Source: a phage
Length of the DNA stretch: 42,716 nt
Sequence record: PZ386962.1
Direction: 5' to 3' (one strand)
Position 1 is the stretch's first letter. Every line of letters begins with the position of its first letter. The notes below the pieces were generated by a model. The model was not told the DNA's origin. It did not search any database and worked only from the letters and a program-made list of their open reading frames with translations. The position numbers were made by a program, and so were the translations under genes. Below are positions 1 to 7,817 of the stretch, in pieces.

Positions 1-1737
1 ATGGCAGGAATCGTTCGCGCTCACTACGAGAACAACTTCCCGCTGTTCCTGCATGACTACTTCGCATGGCTGGGCTTTGACCTCACTGAAATGCAGCTCG
101 ACATTGGCCGCTACATGGCCGACAGGACGCTCAAGAACAAGTGCGTCATGGCGCAGCGTGGTGAGGCTAAGTCCACCATCGGTATTGCCCGTGCTCTGTA
201 CGAATTTGTGCAGATGCCGAACGCCACTGTGCTGCTGGTATCCGGTTCGGATGACTATGCTGGCACGCTCTCGCACGCTATTGTGTCTGCCATCATGCAA
301 TGGGACAGACTCGAATGGCTGCGCCCGGAGACTCGCGCTGGCGCACGTACGTCATACACTGACGGCTTCGACGTGCATCACGCGTTCCGTATCCCTGACA
401 AACAGCCCTCTGTAAAAGCGGTCGGTATCTTCGGCCAGTTGCAGGGGAACCACGTATCGCTGTTGATTGCCGATGACGTGGAGACTACCAGTAACGGTAG
501 CTCTCCTGCCAACCGCGCCCGTATCAACACCCTGACCAAAGAGTTCGCGGCTATCGCCAACGATGGTGCAGAGATTCTGTACCTCGGCACCCCGCAGACT
601 CAGGACTCCATCTATAACACGCTCCCGCAGCGTGGCTTCGACGTTCGTATCTGGCCCGGTCGTTTCCCTACGCCGGAAGAAGAAGAACGGTACGGCGGCT
701 GTCTGGCCCCGTGGATTAAGCAGAAGATGGAAGGCCACCCGGAACTGCGTACTGGCTACGGTATCCTTGGGAACCGTGGTGCTCAGACTGACCCTCAGCG
801 TTATTCTGAGGAGAAGCAGCTCCAGAACGAACGAGATTATCAGCAGGCAGGCTTCCAGTTGCAGTTCATGCTGGATACGTCGCTGTCTGATGCGCTCAAA
901 CAAACGTTACATCTAAGAGACTTAATCTTCTTCCACGGCTCTACGCAGTCTGCGCCGGAGGTTCTGCATTGGTCGAACCACCCGCGCCATGCCGCCGAGC
1001 TGCCACTGGATTTCCCACTTGCTCGCGCTCAGCTATTCTTGGCTGCTGACTTCTCGGACACGTATGTACCATTCGAAAATACCTCGGCGTTTCTTGACCC
1101 TGCTGGTGGTGGGTCGGACGAATCAGTTATCATCGCCACAGCTTCTGTCGGCCCGTTTATCCACGTCATTGGTATGCACGTCTACCACGGCGGCCAGACG
1201 GAGGAGAACATCAAGGCAGCGGTAGAGTGGCTGTCTGAGGTCGGCGTTAAGCGGCTGGTCATTGAGGATAACATGGGCCACGGAACCGTGACCAACATGT
1301 ACCGAGGTGAGATTAAGCGGCAGAGCCTGACCATTGGCTGCGAAGGCGTGTACTCGTCCGGCCAGAAAGAGGTGCGTATCATCAACCGCCTCGGCCCAAT
1401 CATGCAGCGCCACCGTGTCGTTGTGCATTGGTGCGTTGTTGAAGAAGACCTGCGGCTGTGTCGGGGAATGAATAACGGTGGTCGCGAGTTCAGCCTGTTC
1501 TGGCAGCTCCAGAACCTGACCCAAGACCGTCAATCAATCCCTCACGATGACCGTATCGAAACCCTATCTGCTGCCGTGTACCTGCACGCTGAGGTGCTAC
1601 AGCAGGACGAACATGAAGAAGCTGCCAAGCGCGAGACTGCTGCTGCACGAGAGTTCCTTGCCAACCCCATGGGTTACGACGACTCGAAGTGGCGCAGCCA
1701 TAAGCCTGTGCGCGGCGTGCGACGGAGACTACGTTAA
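1..1737 (+). CDS. terminase large subunit (T7 gp19-like); N-terminus probably continues from window end
   Basis: 578-aa ORF placed directly after the terS-like ORF at the window end (circular reading); C-terminal RNase H-like nuclease-type segment (FLDPAGGGSDESVIIATASVG); size close to T7 gp19 when the 8 in-frame codons at 42693-42716 are added. Confidence 0.8.
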   Translation: MAGIVRAHYENNFPLFLHDYFAWLGFDLTEMQLDIGRYMADRTLKNKCVMAQRGEAKSTIGIARALYEFVQMPNATVLLVSGSDDYAGTLSHAIVSAIMQWDRLEWLRPETRAGARTSYTDGFDVHHAFRIPDKQPSVKAVGIFGQLQGNHVSLLIADDVETTSNGSSPANRARINTLTKEFAAIANDGAEILYLGTPQTQDSIYNTLPQRGFDVRIWPGRFPTPEEEERYGGCLAPWIKQKMEGHPELRTGYGILGNRGAQTDPQRYSEEKQLQNERDYQQAGFQLQFMLDTSLSDALKQTLHLRDLIFFHGSTQSAPEVLHWSNHPRHAAELPLDFPLARAQLFLAADFSDTYVPFENTSAFLDPAGGGSDESVIIATASVGPFIHVIGMHVYHGGQTEENIKAAVEWLSEVGVKRLVIEDNMGHGTVTNMYRGEIKRQSLTIGCEGVYSSGQKEVRIINRLGPIMQRHRVVVHWCVVEEDLRLCRGMNNGGREFSLFWQLQNLTQDRQSIPHDDRIETLSAAVYLHAEVLQQDEHEEAAKRETAAAREFLANPMGYDDSKWRSHKPVRGVRRRLR

Positions 1738-2405
1738 TGTCCTTGATTTCCATCACTGACCAACAGCGGTATGACATCGGCTACCGCGCCAACATTGCTG
1801 CGAACCTTACGCAGCGTTTCGTGAACAACACGACCACTATCACGGCAGCTCAGGCTGCTGACATCGACACGGCCATCCAGCAGCTCATGACAGCGTTGGA
1901 AGCGGCTGGGTATAGTTCCGTACCGGAAGGCTCAGTAATCGTCGCAGACGGCGCTACAGCGACTGTAGTGAACCAAGACGGCACTGTGTCCAAGTCGGGT
2001 ACGGTTGAGGTCGATGGCTCTACTTATCAGATTCGATTCCCGGTGACTGTCGGTATGAAGTCCAACGGTGACTCAATCTCTGTACAGAACGTGAACGGTG
2101 CCGCTGGCATTACGTCCACTTCCTTCGTGAACGCCAATGGTGTGCTGCTGGCAGCCCGGCTCCCGGCAACGGTGGCCTGCATCTCCAGCGGTAACGGTAT
2201 CCAAATCCGCAACTCTGCGGGTACGGCTATCGCCAACGCCACGTTCACTGTGTCCAACGGGGTAATCTCGTACGGCACCTTCCCTGCAACTATCGCTGCT
2301 GTGGCTAACGCCGCTGCACTACAGGTTCCGGTGACTGGCACTTACACCGACACTGCAACCTTCACTGTCGCTGGTGGCGTTATCACTGGCATCACCCTCT
2401 CTTAA
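1737..2405 (+). CDS. hypothetical protein, Thr/Ala/Gly/Val-rich, probably beta-rich (possible virion-associated protein)
   Basis: 222-aa ORF, ATG overlaps terL stop (TAATG), GGAGA RBS upstream; low-complexity T/A/G/V-rich composition; no recognisable motif. Confidence 0.5.
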   Translation: MSLISITDQQRYDIGYRANIAANLTQRFVNNTTTITAAQAADIDTAIQQLMTALEAAGYSSVPEGSVIVADGATATVVNQDGTVSKSGTVEVDGSTYQIRFPVTVGMKSNGDSISVQNVNGAAGITSTSFVNANGVLLAARLPATVACISSGNGIQIRNSAGTAIANATFTVSNGVISYGTFPATIAAVANAAALQVPVTGTYTDTATFTVAGGVITGITLS

Positions 2406-2416
2406 GGAGAATCTTT

Positions 2417-2611
2417 ATGGCACTTGTTGACTCTACCGCTGCTGAACGTGCGGAGTTCGTGGCAGCCTGTAATATGGCAGCCAAGTATCTGAACGTTTGG
2501 ACGGAAGACTACTTCTTCGACACCACCAACACCGAGCTGGTTGCTTACTATCAGACGTTCGTGACCCGTGTACAAACGGCGCTCACCAACCTCACTAACG
2601 GCGGCGCATAA
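2417..2611 (+). CDS. hypothetical protein
   Basis: 64-aa ORF with strong AAGGAGA RBS 7 nt upstream. Confidence 0.5.
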   Translation: MALVDSTAAERAEFVAACNMAAKYLNVWTEDYFFDTTNTELVAYYQTFVTRVQTALTNLTNGGA

Positions 2612-2621
2612 GGAGTAGAGT

Positions 2622-3110
2622 ATGAAACTGTCTCGGCTAATGGCCGGGGCAGTCCTCTCATTGTCACTGACATTGACGGGCTGCTCCGCAACTAGCGCAC
2701 TGTCTGCTGTAACTTCGGCTGTCTCTCCCAACAAGCCGGAACTCACGGCCCAAGTCGGTGCAGAGAACACGAAGCAAGGTATCGGTGTGACTGCGAAACA
2801 GTCCGACGAAACAAAGGTCGGTGACGTATCAGGTAACGCGAAAGTGGATACCGCTAAACAGGGTTCGAATGGCACTTCCGTCAAGGACGTTACAGGAGGC
2901 TCTGTAAACGCTTCTAAGCAGGGGTCGCAAATGACCCAAGGAAACGTACAGGCTCGCACAGTAATCGTCTCACAGAGCGACCCACGCAGTCTCCTGTGGG
3001 CTTTTGGCATGGGCCTTACATGTATCCTTGGTTTAGTCATGTGGTTTGTACCATCTCCGTGGAAAAGGAAAGTGAAAGATGACGGAAGCAAAGAAGGAGC
3101 CAACTCCTAA
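2622..3110 (+). CDS. unimolecular spanin-like outer-membrane lipoprotein with C-terminal transmembrane segment
   Basis: N-terminal signal peptide with lipobox LTGC (MKLSRLMAGAVLSLSLTLTGC), Ser/Thr/Lys-rich periplasmic region with repeated AKQG/SKQG units, C-terminal hydrophobic helix LLWAFGMGLTCILGLVMWFVP; AAGGAG RBS; lies immediately upstream of the holin candidate and endolysin. Confidence 0.55.
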   Translation: MKLSRLMAGAVLSLSLTLTGCSATSALSAVTSAVSPNKPELTAQVGAENTKQGIGVTAKQSDETKVGDVSGNAKVDTAKQGSNGTSVKDVTGGSVNASKQGSQMTQGNVQARTVIVSQSDPRSLLWAFGMGLTCILGLVMWFVPSPWKRKVKDDGSKEGANS

Positions 3111-3462
3111 CATCCACTCGCGTATGGGTGCAGTGGAGGCTCGTATGCAATCCGTAGAACTTCGACTCGACAAGCACGAGGTACAAATCGCCACTCTTGA
3201 AAAGGGCGATGCTGCAATGCTGGCCAAGCTCGCGGAGAACGATACCCGCTGGCAGACCGTTCAACAGCAGCTCCTTGTGGTTGAGCAAATTCAGGACATT
3301 CAGAAGACTATGAGCCATATCGGTAAGCTCTTTACGGCGGCGGCTCACGCTGTCAAATGGTGTCTCTTAACCGCATCCCTGTGTAGCGGTATCTACTTAG
3401 CGATTAAGGCTGGCGACCTCACGGCTCTCCAGTCCTTTATCACAACGATTATGGGGATGTAA
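3079..3462 (+). CDS. putative holin / lysis membrane protein (single C-terminal TMD)
   Basis: 127-aa ORF between spanin-like gene and endolysin; hydrophilic N-terminal region then one hydrophobic segment (LFTAAAHAVKWCLLTASLCSGIYLAI); start uncertain (internal Met at 3124 possible). Confidence 0.35.
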   Translation: MTEAKKEPTPNIHSRMGAVEARMQSVELRLDKHEVQIATLEKGDAAMLAKLAENDTRWQTVQQQLLVVEQIQDIQKTMSHIGKLFTAAAHAVKWCLLTASLCSGIYLAIKAGDLTALQSFITTIMGM

Positions 3463-3998
3463 TGACTAACTTTGAAATCTGTATGCGGTTCACCGGGCTG
3501 GCAGAAGGCGGTTACGCCAACCTGCCCGGCGACACCGGAGGGGAAACGAATCATGGAATTAGTGACGCTCGTGATGGAAAGCTGGATGGTAGAGCTTGCG
3601 GTGTCCCTACTGGGCTTGGCGGCACTATTTGTGTGCCTATCCGCGACCTCACCAAAGCGCAAGCCGAAGCAATCTATCGACGGGACTACTACAGCCCCAT
3701 CCGAGGTGACGAGCTTCACCCTGCGATTGCATGTGCCGTGTTCGACTACGGCGTTAACTCAGGTGTCTCCCGTGCGGCGAAAGCTCTACAGCGGGTATGC
3801 GGCGTTGCACAAGACGGGGTTATTGGCCCTGCTACCGTGGCAGCAGCCAAACGTCTGGAACCTCGCTCCGCAGCAGCAGCCATCTGTAACCTTCGTATTG
3901 CGTTCCTAAAGGCTTCTACAGCCCCAACAATCGTTCGGTATAGGGATGCCTTGGTAGCTCGTGCAAAACGCTGTAGCGCTTACTGTGCGACGCTGTAG
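3462..3998 (+). CDS. endolysin, GH108-like N-terminal domain with peptidoglycan-binding C-terminal domain
   Basis: EGGY motif near N-terminus (FTGLAEGGYANLPGD) as in GH108 family enzymes; DGxxGxxT-type motif (QDGVIGPATV) as in PG_binding_3 domains; no signal peptide, so holin-dependent. Confidence 0.7.
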   Translation: MTNFEICMRFTGLAEGGYANLPGDTGGETNHGISDARDGKLDGRACGVPTGLGGTICVPIRDLTKAQAEAIYRRDYYSPIRGDELHPAIACAVFDYGVNSGVSRAAKALQRVCGVAQDGVIGPATVAAAKRLEPRSAAAAICNLRIAFLKASTAPTIVRYRDALVARAKRCSAYCATL

Positions 3999-4200
3999 GG
4001 GTATCCGAAAGCTGAGGCAATGAACAGGCCGTGGGTGCAATACCCCGGCTTGAAAATTGACTATTTGTACGTGCCCCTCCCTCGACCCAAATGACCGCGC
4101 GTACCCCCATGACGTGTGCGCGGATTAGCCTCGCGACGTGCGCGATAATTGCTCGCGTGCGCTGCGCGGCGCGTCGAAAGGATTGCCTGCGTTCGGTATA

Positions 4201-4608
4201 GCTCGTGCGTGTCGCGTTTCATCGTCTGCCGTGTGGCGTGCTGTGCGCTGTCCTGCTGGCTGTGCTGTGTGCCTGCTGTGTGGGCTATCGGTGGCGGTGT
4301 GGTGCTGTCCTGTGGGGACGCTCTGCGCTGGCTGTGCGGTGCTGTGCGCTGCGCGTGGTCGTGCGGGTATCTGTCTCTTTTCGTCGTGGTGTGTGGTGCT
4401 GGTGTGTAGCGGTGTGCGGCGTGGTGCTGCCGTCCTGCTGTGTGGTGTGCTGGTCTACTGTCTGCGCCTGCCAGCTCTGCGCGTCGTACTCTGCTACCTG
4501 CTGTTACTGTCCTACTGCCTTCACTGTCTGCCGTCTGTCAGTCCTACGGTCTGCCATCCGTCATCCGTTCGGCGCTCGCTTGTTTCGGCTGCGCCGCGCT
4601 CGCTCTGC
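4201..4608. repeat. A-depleted GT/GC-rich compositional island with degenerate short repeats
   Basis: About 400 bp in which the + strand has only ~16 A by hand count; built from degenerate GCTGTG / CTGTGCGCTG / ACTGTCTGCC units; long ORFs in all three + frames are a composition artefact. Confidence 0.7.
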
Positions 4609-4617
4609 GTATCTAGC

Positions 4618-4635
4618 GATACTATATCACTATAG
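4618..4635 (+). promoter_or_regulatory. T7-like phage promoter core candidate (TCACTATAG) near presumed genome left end
   Basis: GATACTATATCACTATAG: last 9 nt identical to T7 class promoter -8 to +1 (TCACTATAG); reverse complement carries the ATGAAAGTGTCTATAG element also found at 25618. Confidence 0.3.
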
Positions 4636-4651
4636 ACACTTTCATAATTAT

Positions 4652-4672
4652 CTAATGATTACAGTAACTTAT
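4652..4672. repeat. 21-bp direct repeat copy 1 (CTAATGATTACAGTAACTTAT)
   Basis: Exact 21-mer repeated at 4731-4751 within an AT-rich stretch. Confidence 0.85.
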
Positions 4673-4730
4673 AACCTATCTGATAACGGTATTCTATCCA
4701 GTGTTAGGATTATCTAATCAAACTTTAATC

Positions 4731-4751
4731 CTAATGATTACAGTAACTTAT
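4731..4751. repeat. 21-bp direct repeat copy 2 (CTAATGATTACAGTAACTTAT)
   Basis: Exact copy of 4652-4672. Confidence 0.85.
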
Positions 4752-4772
4752 CACTTTTCTTGAAAATAATAC

Positions 4773-4801
4773 TTGCAAAGGTATTCGGTATTTGCTGTAA
4801 T
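4773..4801 (+). promoter_or_regulatory. sigma70-type early promoter candidate 1
   Basis: TTGCAA (-35) - 17 bp - TGcTGTAAT (extended -10). Confidence 0.5.
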
Positions 4802-4878
4802 TCATATCGCCGGACAACACAGCGTCAACGTGTTGGACGGTGTAGGACGGTAACACTGCTCTTTAACAATCTGGTGTG

Positions 4879-4907
4879 TTGACAAGGCAAGCTCACTATG
4901 CTGTAAT
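4879..4907 (+). promoter_or_regulatory. sigma70-type early promoter candidate 2
   Basis: TTGACA - 17 bp - TGcTGTAAT (extended -10 TGn). Confidence 0.6.
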
Positions 4908-5015
4908 GCTTCCACGTCAGCCAGCAAGCTAAACAGTCATTGATAAAGACGTTAAAACACACGTAGGCGAACTGGTACGGTTTAATTAACTCTGAAAGGG
5001 CGCTGATTAAAACGG

Positions 5016-5044
5016 TTGACAGGATGAAATGAGTATGCTGTAAT
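5016..5044 (+). promoter_or_regulatory. sigma70-type early promoter candidate 3
   Basis: TTGACA - 17 bp - TGcTGTAAT. Confidence 0.6.
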
Positions 5045-5095
5045 GCACACCAGATTGACAGGGCAGCAAGCCAGTCAGTCAGAAGTAAAAAGTAG

Positions 5096-5124
5096 TTGAC
5101 ACGCTGAATACGATGTGATGTAAT
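5096..5124 (+). promoter_or_regulatory. sigma70-type early promoter candidate 4
   Basis: TTGACA - 17 bp - TGaTGTAAT. Confidence 0.6.
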
Positions 5125-5556
5125 CAGCACCGAGTTGAAAGGTTGCAAAACAACCTGCTCTGAGTGAACGTAAACAGGCCACGTAGTGTCTCGGCCTCAT
5201 GGGTATCCGGCGCAGCTAGGAACTGGTGAGGGCACCGCCGAAAGGCAATAGGGGTAGCGCCCGGTGCGATGGGAACGGAGAAGCGCGATAGACGCAGCGC
5301 AGTATCAGCACAATCCCAAACGTCTTATAAGGCGCGGAGTGAAGCGGGTAGGTAGGCAAGCTGGTAACGGTGAGCCGGACTGCTGGAGGACTCCTGAGAG
5401 TGGATGCAGACAATATCCACGGCGCGAAATGGGCGGGGCGATTTTTCAGGGTAGTGAATCCGACAAGCCAATCAATGCCAACGAGTGCAGACTGTACGGC
5501 GCGTCACAATGGGTTCACTATCCACCTGAAAATAGCCAACAACTGGAGAAATTAAT

Positions 5557-5946
5557 ATGTACCGTATCTATGCAAGCGCATATCGTCAGGGCAACGCTGA
5601 GTCAGTCAATCTGGCGCTTCATTGCAAGGCACTGCGAACGGTGCAGGACATGTTCGGAGTGGTTCCGGTCACACTGACAGGCAAGTTCGACAATGCGTAT
5701 GAGTTAAGCATGGTCTTCCCTGTCGATGGAATCTACGAAATCCGACAGGCTGTTAAGCTGTTTTGTAAAGCCTTCGAACAGGACTGCATCATGGTAGTGA
5801 CCAAAGACGACGATGCAATCTTCATGGACTCACCGTATCCGGGTAAGCCTGCTGGCAAGCTGGTCAGCAAGACTAACGAGGAAATGGAAGCCGGGCAGCA
5901 TACCGCTTGGACTTACGATGGTGAGCAATTTTGGGTAGTGGAGTAA
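5557..5946 (+). CDS. hypothetical early protein
   Basis: 129-aa ORF, GGAGA RBS 6 nt upstream, first well-supported ORF downstream of the promoter cluster. Confidence 0.6.
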   Translation: MYRIYASAYRQGNAESVNLALHCKALRTVQDMFGVVPVTLTGKFDNAYELSMVFPVDGIYEIRQAVKLFCKAFEQDCIMVVTKDDDAIFMDSPYPGKPAGKLVSKTNEEMEAGQHTAWTYDGEQFWVVE

Positions 5947-6120
5947 GGAGCATGACTATGTTCACTGCACTGTGTGTTATTGCGGCGGCGTGTTGGGTTA
6001 TTGACCAGCGCCTGCCTAAGCGAGCCTGATATGTGGGACTTACTGGTAGCGTTATTCTGGTTCGTCTTTGCAGGCTTGTGGATTTACTGGCTGACTCGTC
6101 CCAAATTATGGTGACTGCCT

Positions 6121-6142
6121 AATGCGTCTTGCGAGGCGCATT
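6121..6142 (+). other. intergenic RNA stem-loop (8-bp stem, TTGCGA loop)
   Basis: AATGCGTC-TTGCGA-GGCGCATT; same loop sequence with different stems recurs at 7075 and 7484. Confidence 0.5.
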
Positions 6143-6178
6143 GTGAAGTAACCAACCAACAACCCGACGAGGTGTATC

Positions 6179-6706
6179 ATGACTACTGTTAAATATACTG
6201 CATTCAAAGACGCTGCCGCTCTGGACAAGGCCATTGAGTCTACCGTCAAGAAGGCGCACTCACTGCGTACCGACATCCAGAACGTTGCTGTCGGCATCAT
6301 CCTGCACGCTTACCATCACGGCGACTACACTCGTGCTGAATCCTTCGTGAATCAGCTCGGTCAGGGTGTCCGTGGCAAGGCGCTGGTAGACTGGTTCGTC
6401 AAGTTCGGCGGCCTGATTATCGGTGAGAACGGCGGGAAACAGGGTTTCATTGGCTGGCAGGGCGCTGAGTATATCAAGGCGAACATTGACACGGCCAAAG
6501 CCACTATGTGGTGGAGCCTGAAACCGGAGCAGACCTTCGAAGGCTTCGACCTGCAAGATGCGCTCGAAAAGCTGATTGCCAAAGCTGAGAAGGCGCTGAA
6601 CAAGGCCAATGAGCTGCGTCACGAAGGCAAGGACGAAGACGCGAACAAGGTAGTGGTGCCGCAGAACGTCCTCGACCTGCTGCGCAAGGCTAAACAGGCT
6701 GCCTAA
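6179..6706 (+). CDS. hypothetical early protein
   Basis: 175-aa ORF with GAGG RBS. Confidence 0.6.
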   Translation: MTTVKYTAFKDAAALDKAIESTVKKAHSLRTDIQNVAVGIILHAYHHGDYTRAESFVNQLGQGVRGKALVDWFVKFGGLIIGENGGKQGFIGWQGAEYIKANIDTAKATMWWSLKPEQTFEGFDLQDALEKLIAKAEKALNKANELRHEGKDEDANKVVVPQNVLDLLRKAKQAA

Positions 6707-6781
6707 GCGGGATTGACTCAAGCCAGTGTCAAGGCGCTGGCTTTATGGCAATTCTGCCCCAACCTATTCGGAGTATTACCC

Positions 6782-7063
6782 ATGACTATCAAAACTGTAA
6801 CTGCATTCGTGACCAAGAAAGCTGGCGAACTGTATGGCTTCGCTGTTTCCCTGAACGAAGGCCAGTACCTGCACCACGTCCGTGAAGAAGGCGAGCCGAC
6901 TGAGGCCGTAGCCATCCTCGAAACGTTGCAGGGTATCCCGCTGCCGCACGAGTTCATCATCATGCTCGCTGAGCAGGACGAAGACGACCTGCGACTGCGC
7001 CACGGTGACGACCTGACGATTGAAGAAATCGGCACGTTCGAAGCAGAAGTAGACGACGAGTAA
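6782..7063 (+). CDS. small acidic early protein
   Basis: 94 aa from internal ATG with GGAG RBS; Asp/Glu-rich acidic C-terminus; preceded by hairpin plus GGCAAT-N4-TGCC box. Confidence 0.55.
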   Translation: MTIKTVTAFVTKKAGELYGFAVSLNEGQYLHHVREEGEPTEAVAILETLQGIPLPHEFIIMLAEQDEDDLRLRHGDDLTIEEIGTFEAEVDDE

Positions 7064-7074
7064 GCGTTGTCCTG

Positions 7075-7096
7075 CTGCATCCTTGCGAGGGTGCAG
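7075..7096 (+). other. intergenic RNA stem-loop (8-bp stem incl. one G-U, TTGCGA loop)
   Basis: CTGCATCC-TTGCGA-GGGTGCAG followed by GGCAATAGTGCC box. Confidence 0.5.
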
Positions 7097-7134
7097 CGTG
7101 GCAATAGTGCCTTACTCAATCCGAGGGTTTTAAT

Positions 7135-7476
7135 ATGAGCATCAAACTTGTAATCCTGACCAACATCGCAGCTTCCGCATTCGGCGCAGACGTACCGGAA
7201 GAAGCGCGTACTGCTGAGTGGGTGGCGTTCACCTCCGACGACGAGGGCTACCTGATTGCAGGCCGCAACCGCGACGGCGACTCTGCCGAGGACATCGTGG
7301 CGCACTTCGACGCTGACGAAGGCTTCGCTGGGTTCGCAGCTTCTGGCCTGCCGCTGGAACTGTTCGGCATGATGAACGGCGTGCCTTTCATCGACCGTGA
7401 GAAGCTGGGCGCAGACGTGTCTGTCACCGAGCTGAAAGTGTACGGCGAAGAAGATGACGTAGACTTCTCTGCGTGA
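7135..7476 (+). CDS. small acidic early protein (possible DNA-mimic-type anti-host protein)
   Basis: 113 aa, about 25 percent Asp+Glu by hand count with few basic residues; GAGGG RBS. Confidence 0.6.
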   Translation: MSIKLVILTNIAASAFGADVPEEARTAEWVAFTSDDEGYLIAGRNRDGDSAEDIVAHFDADEGFAGFAASGLPLELFGMMNGVPFIDREKLGADVSVTELKVYGEEDDVDFSA

Positions 7477-7483
7477 TACCTTA

Positions 7484-7505
7484 CTGCCTCGTTGCGACGG
7501 GGCAG
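7484..7505 (+). other. intergenic RNA stem-loop (8-bp stem, TTGCGA loop)
   Basis: CTGCCTCG-TTGCGA-CGGGGCAG followed by GGCAATCATGCC box. Confidence 0.5.
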
Positions 7506-7541
7506 TGCGGCAATCATGCCCCAATCTACTGAGGATTTATT

Positions 7542-7817
7542 ATGTCCACTATCAATGTGTTTTCCCTGAATAACGGCGGTCTGGCTTTCATCGTTGGCGA
7601 GACTGTTGACAATGCACCTTCACTGGGTGTGCAGCCGAAGCCGGACGCAAGCCATGACGAGGTGATTGGCGAGGTGCGCGAGGCGCTGGAAGACCTCGGC
7701 GGTATGCTGATTGCCATTCAGGGTGGCAAGCTGTCGGTTGAAAAGCTGAATGCACTGGAGCCTCGCTTCATCACCAGCTTTGAAGCTGACAACGTAGACG
7801 CGGCTGACTTCGAGTAA
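7542..7817 (+). CDS. small acidic early protein
   Basis: 91 aa, GAGGA RBS, acidic composition. Confidence 0.6.
   Translation: MSTINVFSLNNGGLAFIVGETVDNAPSLGVQPKPDASHDEVIGEVREALEDLGGMLIAIQGGKLSVEKLNALEPRFITSFEADNVDAADFE

Noticed and set aside
4201-4608. G-quadruplex or Chi-site array inside the A-depleted island
   Set aside because: Few GGG runs and no exact GCTGGTGG within the island; the repeats are GT/GC-rich but do not match either motif class.
4138-4717. Three overlapping long Cys/Ala/Val/Leu-rich ORFs (4138-4635, 4149-4409, 4205-4717) in the + frames
   Set aside because: All three frames are open at once because the region is nearly A-free, so stop codons are rare; no RBS, extreme low-complexity translations. 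Composition artefact, not genes.
5264-5677. ORFs 5264-5677 and 5370-5555 in the leader between host promoters and first early gene
   Set aside because: No convincing RBS, Arg-rich translation, and one runs in a different frame across the strong 5557 start; the region is more plausibly an untranslated leader. The 5370 GTG frame ending 2 nt before the 5557 ATG remains a weak possibility.
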